The notes under the pieces: model-generated
Told to the model about the DNA's origin: nothing
The model's input: the letters and a program-made list of their open reading frames with translations, nothing else
The model's database searches: none
From: Lama glama
Lineage: Eukaryota
Length of the DNA stretch: 64,000 nucleotides
Direction of reading: 5' to 3'
Assembly (NCBI GenBank): GCA_028534125.1
Contig: CM052817.1
Coordinates: forward strand, 65,536,001 to 65,600,000
Shown here: in pieces, positions 38,216-51,429 of the stretch
Numbering within the stretch: the first letter of the stretch is position 1
Layout: every line of letters begins with the position of its first letter
Translations under genes and position numbers: made by a program

Positions 38216-41010
38216 TTTACCCCATGAAATTGAATGTTCAATCACTAACAAATGAATTTCTACAAGCAATTAAATTCTTCTTCAGAGACCAATAAAGTGA
38301 TGTTTGTTCCTGCTTGCAAATGCCTAAAACATTTTAATCCTTCTTAAATTAATGTAAAGTTCAAAAAAGCAAATGGCACTTGAAAAGTAAATTGCTTCCA
38401 GAGCCTCCTTTTTCTTGGAATCCTTCTTCATTTAATTTTACTCAGCCCTGACAGTGAAAAGATCATCGATCTAGACTTAAAAGCCAAAGGAGCTTAAAAG
38501 CCACTGTAGGGGTCTGTTCAGTTTTCAATACAATTTAGAAAATCTTGGGAAAGAATGACAGTTCCTTTTCAGGAACCTCCCATACATATTTCAATAGAAC
38601 AGCTTTCCAAATTGGAGACTGTAAAATATTATACCACCAACCAAGTAATAGAAAGTCATTCACTGTCATGTAGAAAGATTTCCCTGATTTTCACAAAAAG
38701 CACAAAAGACTAGATTGTATTTATTTAAATCTGAGACTGACAAAAAAGTCAGAAAGAAAAAGAAAAGTAGTCAATTTCTTTAAAAAAGTATTGTTTAGGA
38801 ATAAATTACTATGCAAAAAAGCATAGATCTTCTTGACAACTTGTGAATTTAAGGCAGATGAACTGCCTCCCTCTGTACCCCTATAATCAACTCTGCTGAT
38901 GAAATATATTAAGCATTCTAAGCTTGGGGAACATATATAGCTTTGAAATCAATGTGTTTCCGGTACAGGGGGTTAGGAAAAGAACTTAATAAATCAGCTT
39001 AGGAAATGTTTCATTTCCTGTGCCGTATCTGGGGAGGAAAACATAAAACAGGCAGAGCCAGGGGCAACAAAATCAAACACACGGATGGGAAAATCTCTTA
39101 CAGGTCCTTCTAGGCACCCCTTAGTGGTCAATTTATGCTCCTGAGCTAGAGCTTCTTTTTCTAGGATAAATAAAGTAGATTTTACAGACACTTGCCTTAA
39201 ATTAACAAAGCCTTGTTGGCAGAGGTTAAAGGCGATAGTCATTATATAACAGTTGTCTCTGCTCACATGAGAAATTATCTTACTTGGGTGAATAGTTCAT
39301 TAGAAAGAAGACACCAGTAACAGAGAGACTGGGCTCATTACCAGTGATCTAAAGGACATTGGTATTTTCCCAAAACAACCGTAAGAGAAAAATCTACCAG
39401 GTCCTTTCTGGGTTATCCTTTACATTTTCATCTTCCTTATGGCCAGATTTTGCAGGCTGCTTCTATTGATTCTATCCCACTTTGCTTTCAGAAGGACATG
39501 TCATCCATTCAGAGTTTAACACTGCCGGGAAAGTAGTGCACTTAGTGATGCTTGCAGACCTGGGATGGGGAGCCACTGAACCCAGACGTTCAGAATGTAT
39601 ATGGACCTGACACACGTTTATGAACAGTGTTTCTCACAGCATCGGGAGCCTATCAATCTCTCCCATGCATACTGTAGAGTTACTTACAAGCTAGTGCATT
39701 GATTTCTGTGTCACTTCATAAATATTACTTATTTAAAAAAATCATAACTTAGTAACTCATCTAAATTTCCTGGGCTTGATACCCACTGCAACTTAATGCT
39801 GGCAACTCCCAGATGGATGGTAAGCAAATGTGTGTGATTTTGAAGTGTTTGGGAATCTGTCCTAAATTTCTGTACACATTTTGAGAAATTAATGATAAAT
39901 ATTTTTCAAGGGTTGTGCTTATTTTTTCCTACGTAATCACTGTAAATTGAATTTTGTATGCAGTAAACTTTTGAAAAGAACACATGCAAAATAAAATTAG
40001 AACTGAGTTTTTTCCCCAGGGCTCCTCACAGGCAGAATCAATGTGTCCCAACTGTGTTCTTTTATGATAGTGTGTACTTTGGTTTTCACACTTATTAAAT
40101 TGGTCTTATATTAGAATTACACAGTTATTTCTCCCAATAGTACATTTATCACTGTGGGCAAGGGCAATGTCTTACTCTTTTTTTTTTATTCCTTGTACAT
40201 GGAGGGAGCATAATAAATATTGATTAAATTTAATTGCTCACAGTAAACCCCTCTCGAAGGGTTAAAAGTCACATGTAATCTTTTCTTGCTACTGGTCATT
40301 AATATAGTCAGGGCTTAGGTAAGTGTATGTATGTCCTTTACCTAAGTTTCAGAACCTGAGTCAATGGGTAGGGTTTTTATGCCTATAAATTCCCTGAAAT
40401 GTTATGCAAAATGTTGTACATATATGTGTAGGTATGTGCTCATTTCTAGAGCCAGCATCTATAAACCTTAATTAAATGACTTTCCTCTTTTCTCACTCTG
40501 ATCCTTAAAGATATTAATATCCACTTCCCTAGGCAGTCTTCTCCAACTTCTCAGTTTATTAGAGCCAAAAGATAATTGGGACAAATACAGGCCAGCATTT
40601 GAAATGCAATACTTCTGATTTCAGCCTTTCACCCATACGTGACAATCTTGTTACTTCTAGACTTATGTCTGAAAAGAGCACATTTTTGAGAAATAGTATG
40701 TTTTCAGCCAGCATTTTCTCCCTAGATTTTTATTCTTCAAGAAGGCTAGTGTATAATCCCAGTGCCTTTCTGATGCCATGGAACACACTTCACGGCCACT
40801 GCAACAGCAAACATTTTCCTTCAGTGCAACAAGCATCCCCTCTGTGGAGCCTTCTCCACGACTCCCACTCACCATCCACACACTCGACTCAGCAAATGAG
40901 CTGCTGCATCTACGTTCCCGGGGAAGTTCCCTGGAGGTAAACTGAGGCTCAGAGCTCCCCTACTAGTGATTTCTGATCCACACCAACAGAGCAATAAGAG
41001 AAAACAGTAC

Positions 41011-41080
41011 CTGTTTTGTTCTCACTGTTACAAAGACTGGACAGAAGAAGACAAAGGATGGTCACTTGAAGCCGTTTCAT
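41011..41080 (-). CDS. EMCN: Endomucin coding exon 1 (start codon and signal peptide)
   Basis: Reverse complement reads caggcaccATG AAA CGG CTT CAA GTG ACC ATC... = MKRLQVTILCLLLSSLCNSENKT+G, matching the recalled human EMCN N-terminus MELLQVTILFLLPSICSSNSTG. Good Kozak context; 70 nt, phase-1 donor CAG|gtactg. Confidence 0.93.
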
Positions 41081-41500
41081 GGTGCCTGTGGATGGTCACC
41101 GTGGCTCCTCTCTCCCGAGTCAGGCAGGGACAACTCCCTCCCGGCCTGGCAGGTCCTTCTTAGCAAATGGAAAAGGTGTGCTGCATGTGAATAGCCACTG
41201 CCCATTCCTACTTATTGCAGGGGCTCTGATAAAGAACGGGAGGAAATGCACACATTCCCTTTGGGAGTTCAGCAGAGAGGAGATTTATTGTTTCAGTCCC
41301 TTACAGGAACTTTTTTTTTTTTCTCTTCCTTTGGCAGCCACTTGTGTTTTTGTTACTACATTATTTTGTTCTTCTTCAACAAAAAGGTCAGGACGGGTTT
41401 TGAACAGAAAGAGATCTTTCTTGGGAATGGGTCATACAGGCTTTCTAACTTTTGTTTTGAAAGTGTGTTTTTGAGTGATTATCAAGGGGCCTCATTAAAC
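41081..41500 (-). promoter_or_regulatory. EMCN 5'UTR and proximal promoter (no CpG island)
   Basis: Immediately upstream of the ATG. Contains TGATAA (GATA, 41227-41232), AGGAAA (ETS core, 41241-41246), CATTCC (TEAD-like, 41253-41258), ATTGTTT (SOX/FOX-like, ~41287) and ACAGGAA (~41303), consistent with an endothelial promoter. Motif function is inferred. Confidence 0.6.
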
Positions 41501-42851
41501 AGCGACTCGGTTTGGATAAAGAGGCTTTAGCTGCCTGAGGGTTAAATTTTAGAGCAGAATCCACAAGGAATCCACTTTTCTTCTCTTTTTCCAACTTGAA
41601 AGCCCAGGTAGGGGAAAGACTACCTTTCTGGAGAAAAGTGCAAAAAACACAGATTACACTCTGACTTGGGTAAGTGAGAGACTTCTGACAGGTGGTCAGG
41701 GGGATTTTTCAGGCTATTTCTGATAGAATTGAGCAGTGATGTGTGAATGTCCACTGGTCGTTCCTGGTCTTATTGTTGGAATTTGATGAAGAAAAAGGAA
41801 AAATTACTTATAAAACCCCGTGGATACTCTTCTCTAGGAAATGTGATTAGAACAGCACTGGGGTAACCAGTGAGATCAGGAGAGATGGAGTCTTCAGACC
41901 AGAATGCCAATCAGGCAAGATACTGTGTGTATCAGAGGCCTCTCTGATGTCAGTAACAATTGATTAGAACATGATGATGATGCCGCCATAGTCTCAGCTA
42001 AAATCTCTGTGTATGCCGAGTAATTCTATACTTTTCCTCAGCCACAGGCTGCTCATCTAATCTCAGCCAATCAACCTGTCATACATCTTTAGGCATGAAA
42101 CCTCCAGGACAAATGGGTGTCGATGGATCAGTATAGATTCATCTGCTCCACCAAGAAAATTATTCCAAAATTATACCTTTACCTATTCATAAGGAGGACG
42201 CACATTTCACTGCTGCACGGTGCTGGGAAGGACTCATTATAAGGGTGGTTAGAGCAAGTCAACTGATCAAAACACTAGCTTCTTTCATCCTAAGTTATAC
42301 CAAGTTTCAGAAGAGCCTCCAAGTTTCTATTGTGTGTATACAACTTAATTTTACCCTTGTTTCTAATTAATTTTCTAAAACAGACAGCCTTTGGAGTTGT
42401 TACCTTATTTGGCATATCCTGGAGAGTATAAAGATAGCAATGTATGTGAATAGATGTCACATGTACTTTCCAGAAATAAATTGGGGTGTGGCCATGAACT
42501 CACAGTGGAACACTCGCATGGCCACACTTCCTGCTCCTTGTTCTGCTTTAACTCTGGAGTTTTCAACACATATGGTTACCACTGATGTTGGTCACAATCA
42601 CTGCTGAAGGGATTCCATAGCATTTTGACTTCTTTGATTTTGATGCCTGACTGCTAGGCATTTATGAGAAAAACTAGATTCCTATTCCAAGAAGGCTTGA
42701 TGGTAGAATATGATGTCTATTTAAAAGATAAGACTTGTAGATGAAAAAATAAAAAACAAAATCTAAGAAATGCATTTTTAAATGGCTAGGCAAAAAAAAA
42801 AGGGAAAAATAGAAGTAATATGATGGATCAGCTTTGTCTTAATAGATCAGG

Positions 42852-43025
42852 TTTTTTTAATTGACATATAGTCAGTTACAATCTGTTGATTTCTAATGTA
42901 CAGCACAATGTCCAGTCATAGAGATATATACATATATTCATTTTCATATTCTTTTTCATTAAATGTTATTGCAAGATATTGAATATAGTTCCCTGTGCTA
43001 TACAGAAGAAATTTGTTTTTTATCT
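42852..43025 (-). mobile_element. Short LINE-1 3'UTR end (cetartiodactyl type)
   Basis: Reverse complement matches the 3'UTR at 17200-17400 (gatattgaatatagttccctgtgctatacag); T-run at the left end. Confidence 0.85.
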
Positions 43026-44074
43026 AAGAAGGTATTTTTAAGGTAAAAATAATTCATTGAAACAGAGGTGATTACCAGAAGAGACAGACAGATTAATGAC
43101 ATAAAACGGAAAGTACGGACAGAAATATATACAGCTGTCTACATATTTACATAGATGTATTTCCAGATATGTTTGTGTATTAGACATGTGTGTGTAGAGA
43201 GATTAGATATAGGTGAATTTAACATATAGCAAATATGATGAGTAGGATATGTTCTTTAATAAATGAGTTTTGACAAGTTGGGGAATAAGATGGAATATTC
43301 TGCCACAAAACAATATTAGAGAAATTTTTATAGATGTGGAAACATATTCATGATATTTCTTTGCATGTACATATGTATTTAAATGCACATATGCATATAT
43401 ATATATATGTTTGAATATATACACACATATAAAATAGAAAATGTTAACAATGCTTATCTCCAGGTAGTGAATTATAGATGGTGTGTATCTTATACTTGTT
43501 TATTTTTCTTATAAAGATTTCAGAGTAAAACATATTATTTCTGTCTTTAAAAAACAAAGCTTCTGTTTAATCTGATACTTTTTAATTTAATATTTTGAGT
43601 GGTAATATTTATACAAACATTTTGTATTCTAACCTCCTTGAGTATTTTAATTATTGAGAAGTGTGTGATTTAAGAGCACTTTAATAAAAGAAAATACATG
43701 AAGAGACCTACACAACCTTAACCTGAGAGATGAAAAGATGTTTTTCCTTGTGTTTTTTCACAATCCATCTTCTGTATCCTTGTTGAATCTGAAAGGCAAG
43801 CTGTTGTGAGGTCATACCAGAGCAATCTCAGGATTCTATCCAAGTACATTTCAAAGTTGGCCACTGAAATCTGTGATACTGAAGAAATTGTATAATGGAG
43901 ACTCCAACACTGATGAGGTTAGTTTAACTTGTGTGGTGCTGAGATTTATTCAGGGGGCACCATTATTAAGCCCCCAAATTAAACTTCCTTTCCATATTTG
44001 CCTTCTTTCTCTCTGCCAGCTTGTCACAGAAAAAAAAAATCATTTGAAATGGTAGAAATGCCAAAAGATGATCT

Positions 44075-44230
44075 CATGAACTGGCAACGAGCATGAGCTC
44101 TGTGTTCAAATCCTGGTTCCTTCCCTTAGTCCTGAGTTTCTTGGCCTCTTTATGCCTTGGTTTCCCCATGAAAAAAATGGGGATAATTACCATGGCAACT
44201 TCAAATGTTTTTAGAGGATTAAGTGAGAGT
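44075..44230 (+). mobile_element. MIR SINE
   Basis: gttcaaatcctggttcc...gccttggtttccccatgaaaaaaatggggataatt...gaggattaagtgag. Confidence 0.7.
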
Positions 44231-46289
44231 CCAGAAAGCATATATTAAAGCAAACAATTAAGCCTTAAACTTCTAGTTTGGGCTAAAATAAATTGTCTTA
44301 GTTCAGCGGTATGTTTTCAGGTTGTTAGGATTTTAAATAAACCATATTTTTCCAGAGTGACTAACCAATTTTTTAAGAAGTATTCAGATGATGAGAGTCC
44401 CAAAATATCATTGCAAAACAGCTTAAACAGACTCCCAACTCTTATTTTCAGGAATTTATTCCATGCTTCACTTTAAGGTACTTTAAATATCAGGTACCTT
44501 CTTCACTGAAGATAGAATCTAATAGATTATTTTTGTTACTTGCCTCTCTGAAATGGAGGCTGGGATATCCTGAAGGTGTTGGGAACAGAGCTGAAGACAA
44601 ACAGGCTTATGGTACTAGAGATATTAAGTCCCACTCTTGCAAAGCCAAAATGGATATGAGCATCAATAGTGGGTGGGCCCAGCTCTTTGGCCACACTTAT
44701 GCTAGTAAAATATCTTCTTCATTTACTGTATTTCTACCAATCAACTCCCAGGGGCCTAGGGCCAGTGCTATTTCATTATTGTTCAAATGAAAAGACGTGG
44801 CAAGCTGACTTCTGAAGCTTCCAAAGAGCTTATCTTTTATGTTCTGCAGTGGTCCATTACAATTTTACACATCAACACATATAGACAATTCTCTCATCTC
44901 ACACTAACTCCCTAACTTGAAAGGGATAAATCTCTTAAGTCTCAATATATAAGGGCATAAATATGAGGGAATCATAAAAGCACAGTAGCTTATAGAGAAG
45001 ATATGCAAAAAGTTACTTTAGAAAAATTCTTAAGTAACCTTATCATTTGTTAGGAATCCCTTTGGCAAATAATGAGTGAGCTTGCATGTCAAGAGTTGAA
45101 ATGATTGGAGCTCATTACTCTCTAAGGCAGCTCTTCTGTTGGACCACTCCTCTTGTTACAAAGTTTAAACACCATTTTCCATCTTTATCTGCCTTAAAAA
45201 GTTCTGGAAATCACTGTCATCAATTAATTTTTTGTGTACAAAACTGAAGCTTAACCATGTAAATATATTAACAAGGAAATGAGATTTTTGCAAGAACTTT
45301 TGGGGAAGAAGATTGAGTATAATTCATTTAATTATATCTAGTGAAGCACAGGTATGATTACTTCCTTGGAATTCTGGAATATGTAAATGAATTCAGAAAT
45401 AAGTAGGCAAATATAAAGTACTTCACTATTTACTCAACATTCCATTTAGCTCAGCTGTTACCATATACCCCATGTCTAAGACTTCTGCACAGATGTCTTA
45501 TTTTTGGTGTGCCAGAAATAGTATCTTAGGGAAATATTCTTTTCTTATGTCAAATGACACCTAATAAAATTGGGCAAGTGGTATATGCCAGTGATTTTTT
45601 ACAGATACGTTCGTGCAAAAATGTGACATAAGTGAATGACATCTAAGTGCTTCTGCTGTTTATATATGCTGCATCCAGTCTTACTAATTTCAGATTTTAC
45701 TCCTTTTTTTCCTACCCATTTTCGTTCTTATTTTCAGTTTCCCAAATTGCTTTATGCATTGTTCACCTCTGTGGCCATTTCGTAATACTCAAAGGAATCT
45801 TTCATAGCACCAGATCTGAAACAATTTAAAAACATGATGAGGTGATTTATTTACTTCTCTCTTCCAAGCTTCCAGACAAATGGAAGTTGAAGTTAATTCT
45901 CTAGAAACTGGGTTGTTTTTTCTCTCTTTTTTCCAAATAAAGAAAGCCAACTGCAGGCACAGCCTTCTGGTATTCATAGAAACATATAAACGTAAAGTTA
46001 GAAATGAGTGTCTGCACTGGCTCATTCCTCTTAATAAACCACTCTTTACACATAACTCAGGGAAAGAGTTAGTTACCTTACTAATGGCTCCTGGGCTGTA
46101 TCCCAAGGATTCAAGAAACTGCTGCTTGCTCTTTGTCTACATCAAGTCCCATCTTCTTTGGTCTTTCCTTTCTAGGATCTAGTCCAGGCCCTTCATAATG
46201 GCCTCTACCTACTGGTGTTTTAGTTTGGTTTCCCCTTGGATGTTATATCTCAGATCAACATTCTACTAACCTGTGGAAAGATTTCCCAG

Positions 46290-46700
46290 ATTATGATGTT
46301 CTATACCCTCCACTTTGACTTTTGTCAAAACTGGCTGAAATCGGTAGCCGAGAATTTTAGTGCTTAATGAATGTCCAGCTCCCTGTATAATGTCCATCTC
46401 CTTGTGGCTAGTTCTGGCCAGAGGCTTCAAGCAGAAGTAACATGTATAACTTCCAGGACAATGCATAGAAGAGCGGGTATGAGTCCTCTGTTTTCTATTT
46501 CCCTTCCATGGCAACCTTTGAGACCATGTGTCCCTGATGGTGCAGTCTAGACCCCTGAGTGACTGTGTGGAGAAGAGCCTCCAATTCCATCACCATAGAT
46601 CTGTTCTGAATTTGCATGAGCAGCACATAAATATTTATTGTACTAAGCTACTGAGATTTCCTGTTTATTTTGCTATTGAAGCCTATTCTGAAAAATAGAA
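46290..46700 (+). mobile_element. MaLR LTR (MLT1-type)
   Basis: 3' end ataaatatttattgtactaagctactgagatttcctgtttattttgctattgaagc is typical of MLT1J/K-like LTRs. Confidence 0.65.
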
Positions 46701-47759
46701 GATGCTACTTATTACCTTCTCTCAAAAATCTTGATTTGCTAGAAGTAAGACCAAATTGGTCACACTTTTCAGACATCATTAGCCTCCCACACCAGATATA
46801 GACTTCTCAGTGGCAAAGCATTTGTCTTGGGTCATTTATCCCCATAGTTTCACACAGTGCCTGATGCAAAATAATTAAATTTTTGTATCTACTAGATTGA
46901 TTTCTCAGCTCTGATTCTAACCTTTTAGGAAGGTCTTATACTGAGCTTTATTTTCTCCTCCACATTAATCTGCTCTGTTTTTTCTTCAGCAGTAAAATGC
47001 AGTGGAAGCTTTCTTGATCCAATTAACGGCTCACTGATGGACTCAGGTGAGTGTGGAGAGAGGAGATCCAGATAGGTTCTTAAGGATTATGTAGGGTTCC
47101 TCATTCTACTGAAAGGAGTTAGTATATCACAAGAATGTAGGCTTTGAGGGCAGACAGTCTTAGCTCTGTTATTTTCTCTGCATGAGTAAGGGAAGTTAAT
47201 AAAGCCTGCTAATCCTTTTCTTGTCTTTAAAATGGAGAAAAAATAATTTTCTCAGGGGCTATCAAACTAATACATGAGGTTTGTATATGTAAATTACCCA
47301 GAGCAGTCCATACTCCTCACATTCCAGTCCTGTTGCATGACACCAGGACAGAAAGAACTTTTTCTTTGAGTCTTAGTTTACTCATCTACAGAATGACAAA
47401 GACAGCTTTTAGTTCTGACACTATGTAGTTGTTTCAAAAGTTTAGGACGATTTGAATTAAAGTATTTCAAAACCTATTCATTTCTATATAGAAGTAAGAT
47501 TTTTTTTCAAAGTTTTCTGAAAATTAAAAATATGCTTCATAAAGTAATGTAAATAATTTTAGGAATAGGGTGTTAATAATTAAGAACATAGCCATTATTA
47601 AATGACTTGCCTTGCCAGAATGCTAACAATTTTAGCAAAATGCTAATGGTTTTTGCACCAAGCTTCTCAAAACAAGTGATTTCCACTTTATCACATATAA
47701 AATTGTTAATAAATGTTTTCAGCTTCATTAAAGTAGCACTGGCTTAGTATTTTCCCATC

Positions 47760-47995
47760 GTGTATAATTAAAGACAAAAATATCTTGGATGAACAACAAA
47801 GCTGGGACACAATTCGACCCATTCTTCCAAATCCAGACTTTGGTTGGAGGAAGTGACATAGCAATGACTTTCACAAGCAGAAAAGAGCTGCATCTGAGCA
47901 CATTTCCAATCATAGAATCCAAGTTTCCTGTCTTAGGAGGTTTTGGATTCTTATATCCTGGACAGTGATATCCTGACACTAAACCACTGGCAGTT
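47760..47995 (+). repeat. Local direct duplication, copy B (upstream of EMCN)
   Basis: Same-orientation match to 35722-35956, offset 12,038 bp. Confidence 0.95.
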
Positions 47996-47997
47996 TT

Positions 47998-48137
47998 GGT
48001 CATGGTTATCTATGAATCTTAATATCAGAATCACTCTATGGAATTTTTCAAAAGCATGTTATGTTTAGGCCTCACCCATAAAATTTCTATTCAGGAAGTC
48101 CAGGGTGGGGACCAGGCATACATATGAGAAAAAAATA

Positions 48138-48188
<51 letters not shown>

Positions 48189-48230
48189 TGGTGATTCTGA
48201 TGTTCACCCTCAGTTAATAGTTACTGATCT
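47998..48230. mobile_element. MER5A-like hAT-Charlie element containing (AT)22 at 48141-48184
   Basis: atcagaatcact...ggcctcaccc...ggtgattctgatgttcacc...tagttactga; directly abuts duplication copy B. Confidence 0.65.
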
Positions 48231-49469
48231 AGACCATTATAAAAAGACTTTTTTAAAAAATGCTTGTTTGCTATTCTTTAAAAGAAAGTAGCTATATTTC
48301 CTAGTCCACACTCTCAACATGCTTTCCAAAAGTCTTTGCTTTAAGAATCTGTAAGTGTTTCTAATTGATTTCTAGCAGGCCTTCTCAGTATCAGCAAAAT
48401 AAAGATTTAAAAAGCAGCAATAAAATCTCAGAAACTCACTTTTACAGAATTTTTACTGCTTTAAGTTAAAATATAAATTCCATTTATATCATCAAACCCA
48501 CAGCTAATTAAGCCTGGCTTGATCTTTTCAAGTGACAATGAGTCCAGCCTATTGAAAGATATAGTTAAATTTTTTATGATTTTGAGCCCTTAAATCCCAA
48601 ACATTCCAAATTGCCCTGAATAATTGTTCATGAATCCCCTTTTAAATTTCGTTATATTTGCATCCTGATTTATAGAACAAGGATAAAATACCTCCAGCTC
48701 TTGAAGTAATGATTATATTATAAATGGTTTTAGATTTTTTTTCCTTTCTATTTGGCTGAGATATTTTTGTGAACACTCAAATTTGAGACATGGTCACCAG
48801 GGTGTGATTCCATTAAAATGTCATTCTGTCTAATCAGTTTACTAGTACCATATTTTGTTTTATGTTGTCCAAATAATCTTCTAACTATACCTTTGCCACC
48901 TAAGTAGAATTATCTTGGGAAACAAACAAACAAACAAACAAAACCAAAAAAGATGTTAACCCATAAGGTAAGTGTCTCAGCTCCTTAGCAGTAATTATGT
49001 CCTATTAAATTAGTAAATTAGCATTTGTGTTTCTATACAACCAGCTTACTGGAATATAACTAGCTTGGTTTAATTCTTCAGATATGACACATTTGAGCTT
49101 CTGGGTCTACAAAACTGAAGGCTAGATGCTGATCTGTTGCAGCTCAGCCATGTCGTGCCTCCACACAAGTTCAGCCTGGGCATCACTGGAAGAGTAGTAC
49201 CTATTCCTTCTGTCAATTTTTTTCATGATGAACATAGTGAAAAATGGAAGCACTCGCTGTACTGAGCATACTTTCCCCTCTTCACATTCCAGGAGACAAA
49301 GATCTAGAAGATAAAATATGAGGCTCGGGACTAACAGTCCTTTAAGAGGCCATGTAGAACCTCTACCCTGCAGGGGGCCAAACTTCCTCTCCACCTACTG
49401 TCCTTCCCTCTGTCTTCATTCTGTGTGAAACACCATCAGTTGATGGATGGCACTTCTACCAGAGACACA

Positions 49470-50545
49470 TCTGGGGGCAGATTTATCACAAAGCTAATGA
49501 AATTTATGCTTCAGAGACTTTCACTTGAATATACTATTTTCAAGGTCATCTGGGCAGGACTTAGCAATGTTTTCATGTAGTTATGTGTTTTTGCTGTAAA
49601 ATTTGTAAAAGGAAGATGCTTTCACTGAAACCAGTTAGGATTTTTGTCTCTCTTTCCCTTGTCTCCATTTCTCTCCTGCTGGGTAGCATTGGAATGGATA
49701 TTATGAGCATATGAGTTACGGGAAATTGAGTTTGGAATTTATTTAGGATTTGGTGGTATGCATTTTCTGTGGTTTGCAGTCACTTCTATGTATTATTAAG
49801 TTATGACTGGCTACTCCAATGTACTACTGCCTTTCAAGGAATGTCTTTACTGGTCCCTGCACTGACTGGCCTTGTGCTGTGCATGAATCAGCAAGGCCCA
49901 CTGTCTGCTTATGATATGAATGTGTTTGATAGCTCTTGGTAATGGAATTTTGTGAACTGTGGAAGCAAAACAACGTTTGAAATCTATGGAGTCAAATAGT
50001 AGTTTGTGAATAATTTCTAATTATGAGATGCATCAAGTTACATGCTGACCATGCGTTTCCTTTTGTTCTCTTCTCAGGAAAACAATATGCCATATATTCA
50101 CTTAAAACACAATGTAATTTATTTTCTCTTTTGATAGGAATCATGAGAAACAGAATTTATCAGGTGGCTAGTATTTCTTGGGTTAATATTACAAAGAGCA
50201 AGTATAAATGTGTATTCAGTCACATGTTTGGGCGTCTCAGCTGTAAGTAACCTAAAAGAAATTTTGTTCAGCCCAGCCAGAGAAAGACTGATTATCTTTC
50301 TCTTTTCCCTGTAAAAAATGGTTTTACAAAATTTTTGTCATTTGAAGGAGTAATCAAATACTATAAAGCCAAAATATGCAGAAAATAAGTATTACAGAAG
50401 TGTGTTTTTTTGACATTTGTGATATTTGTTGGCTTTTAAAACATGTAAACCATTGTGCTTTCTCTCACTCTAAATGAATAATTACCTTCATACCTTAGAT
50501 CTTTTATTTAATAATGACTATCACTTTTTATAAGTATCAGTCCCC
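49470..50545 (+). mobile_element. hAT-Tip100 DNA transposon remnant (Arthur1/MER69-like)
   Basis: 5' end ggggcagatttatcacaaagctaatgaaatttatgcttcagag resembles the recalled Arthur1 terminus. Confidence 0.55.
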
Positions 50546-51429
50546 ACAAAATCTTTTTCTTGTCCTTCCTGGGGGAGCTAAATGGAGGATGTTAAAATGT
50601 CTAAAATATTTAACTAAAAAATAACGTGGTTCTGGGAGAATGTCTCTAAATCTGTGTAAGGCAGATGAAACTGTACCAGTTCTGTTTTTCAATTTCATCC
50701 TCTCTCTCTCTCTCATACCCACCCCCCACCCACACACACACAGAGGCTGTCTAGGCTCTTCATACCTTAGAGAACAGAAGGGATGTTCTCTCCATTCAAC
50801 ACTGTAATTTGCAGAGACAATCACTAAGCCTCAGTGGAAGAACTCTACAGGAACTTTGTTTTCTTGTTTCCACAAAAGGCCAAATAATACTTCCCCTCTA
50901 TTGACTCCACATCTACGTGGAAAGTTCACCCTTCTCAAGCCTCTATGTCCCTAAACAATGTTTATCTGCTCTGGGTTTCTGAGTGTGATCTTTAAACTCC
51001 TCTTACATTTCTGAGCAACTGTCCTTAATTATTTATGCTGTAGATGCTAACCAGGACCACAGTGCAAAATCACGCAGAAGAAAGGTTCTGTTCTCCCCAG
51101 GAAAACCACAAGGAAGATACTCCTTGATCAGATGAATAGATCTTATAACTGAATCTACAAAACTAATGATTAGATTTTTTCCCCCACAGTCTTTGAAATA
51201 AAGGAAAAGCATCCAGCTGGATGGGTTTATGCTAAAATAAGCTTGAGAAGTCCTCATTTAGTATAGCACTCACACTAGAGGCTCACAAGTTAACTAGGGC
51301 AGTGTCAGGCTCTGAACCAGTCTCCCTGCTCTTGGTCCAGTGCTTTTCTGGTTACACTCCAGAGTAACAAGTGAGACTAACAAGGGAAGTTATGCAATGA
51401 AAATACATAACAAGGAAACTGAATTCTAG

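Larger units (their letters stand above)
1600..41200 (-). other. EMCN: EMCN gene, 5' portion (exons 1-3; intron 1 = 8005-41010, intron 2 = 1684-7872); remaining exons lie beyond the left edge
   Basis: Three colinear, phase-compatible exons give a signal peptide plus mucin stalk. The TSS position is approximate. Confidence 0.88.
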
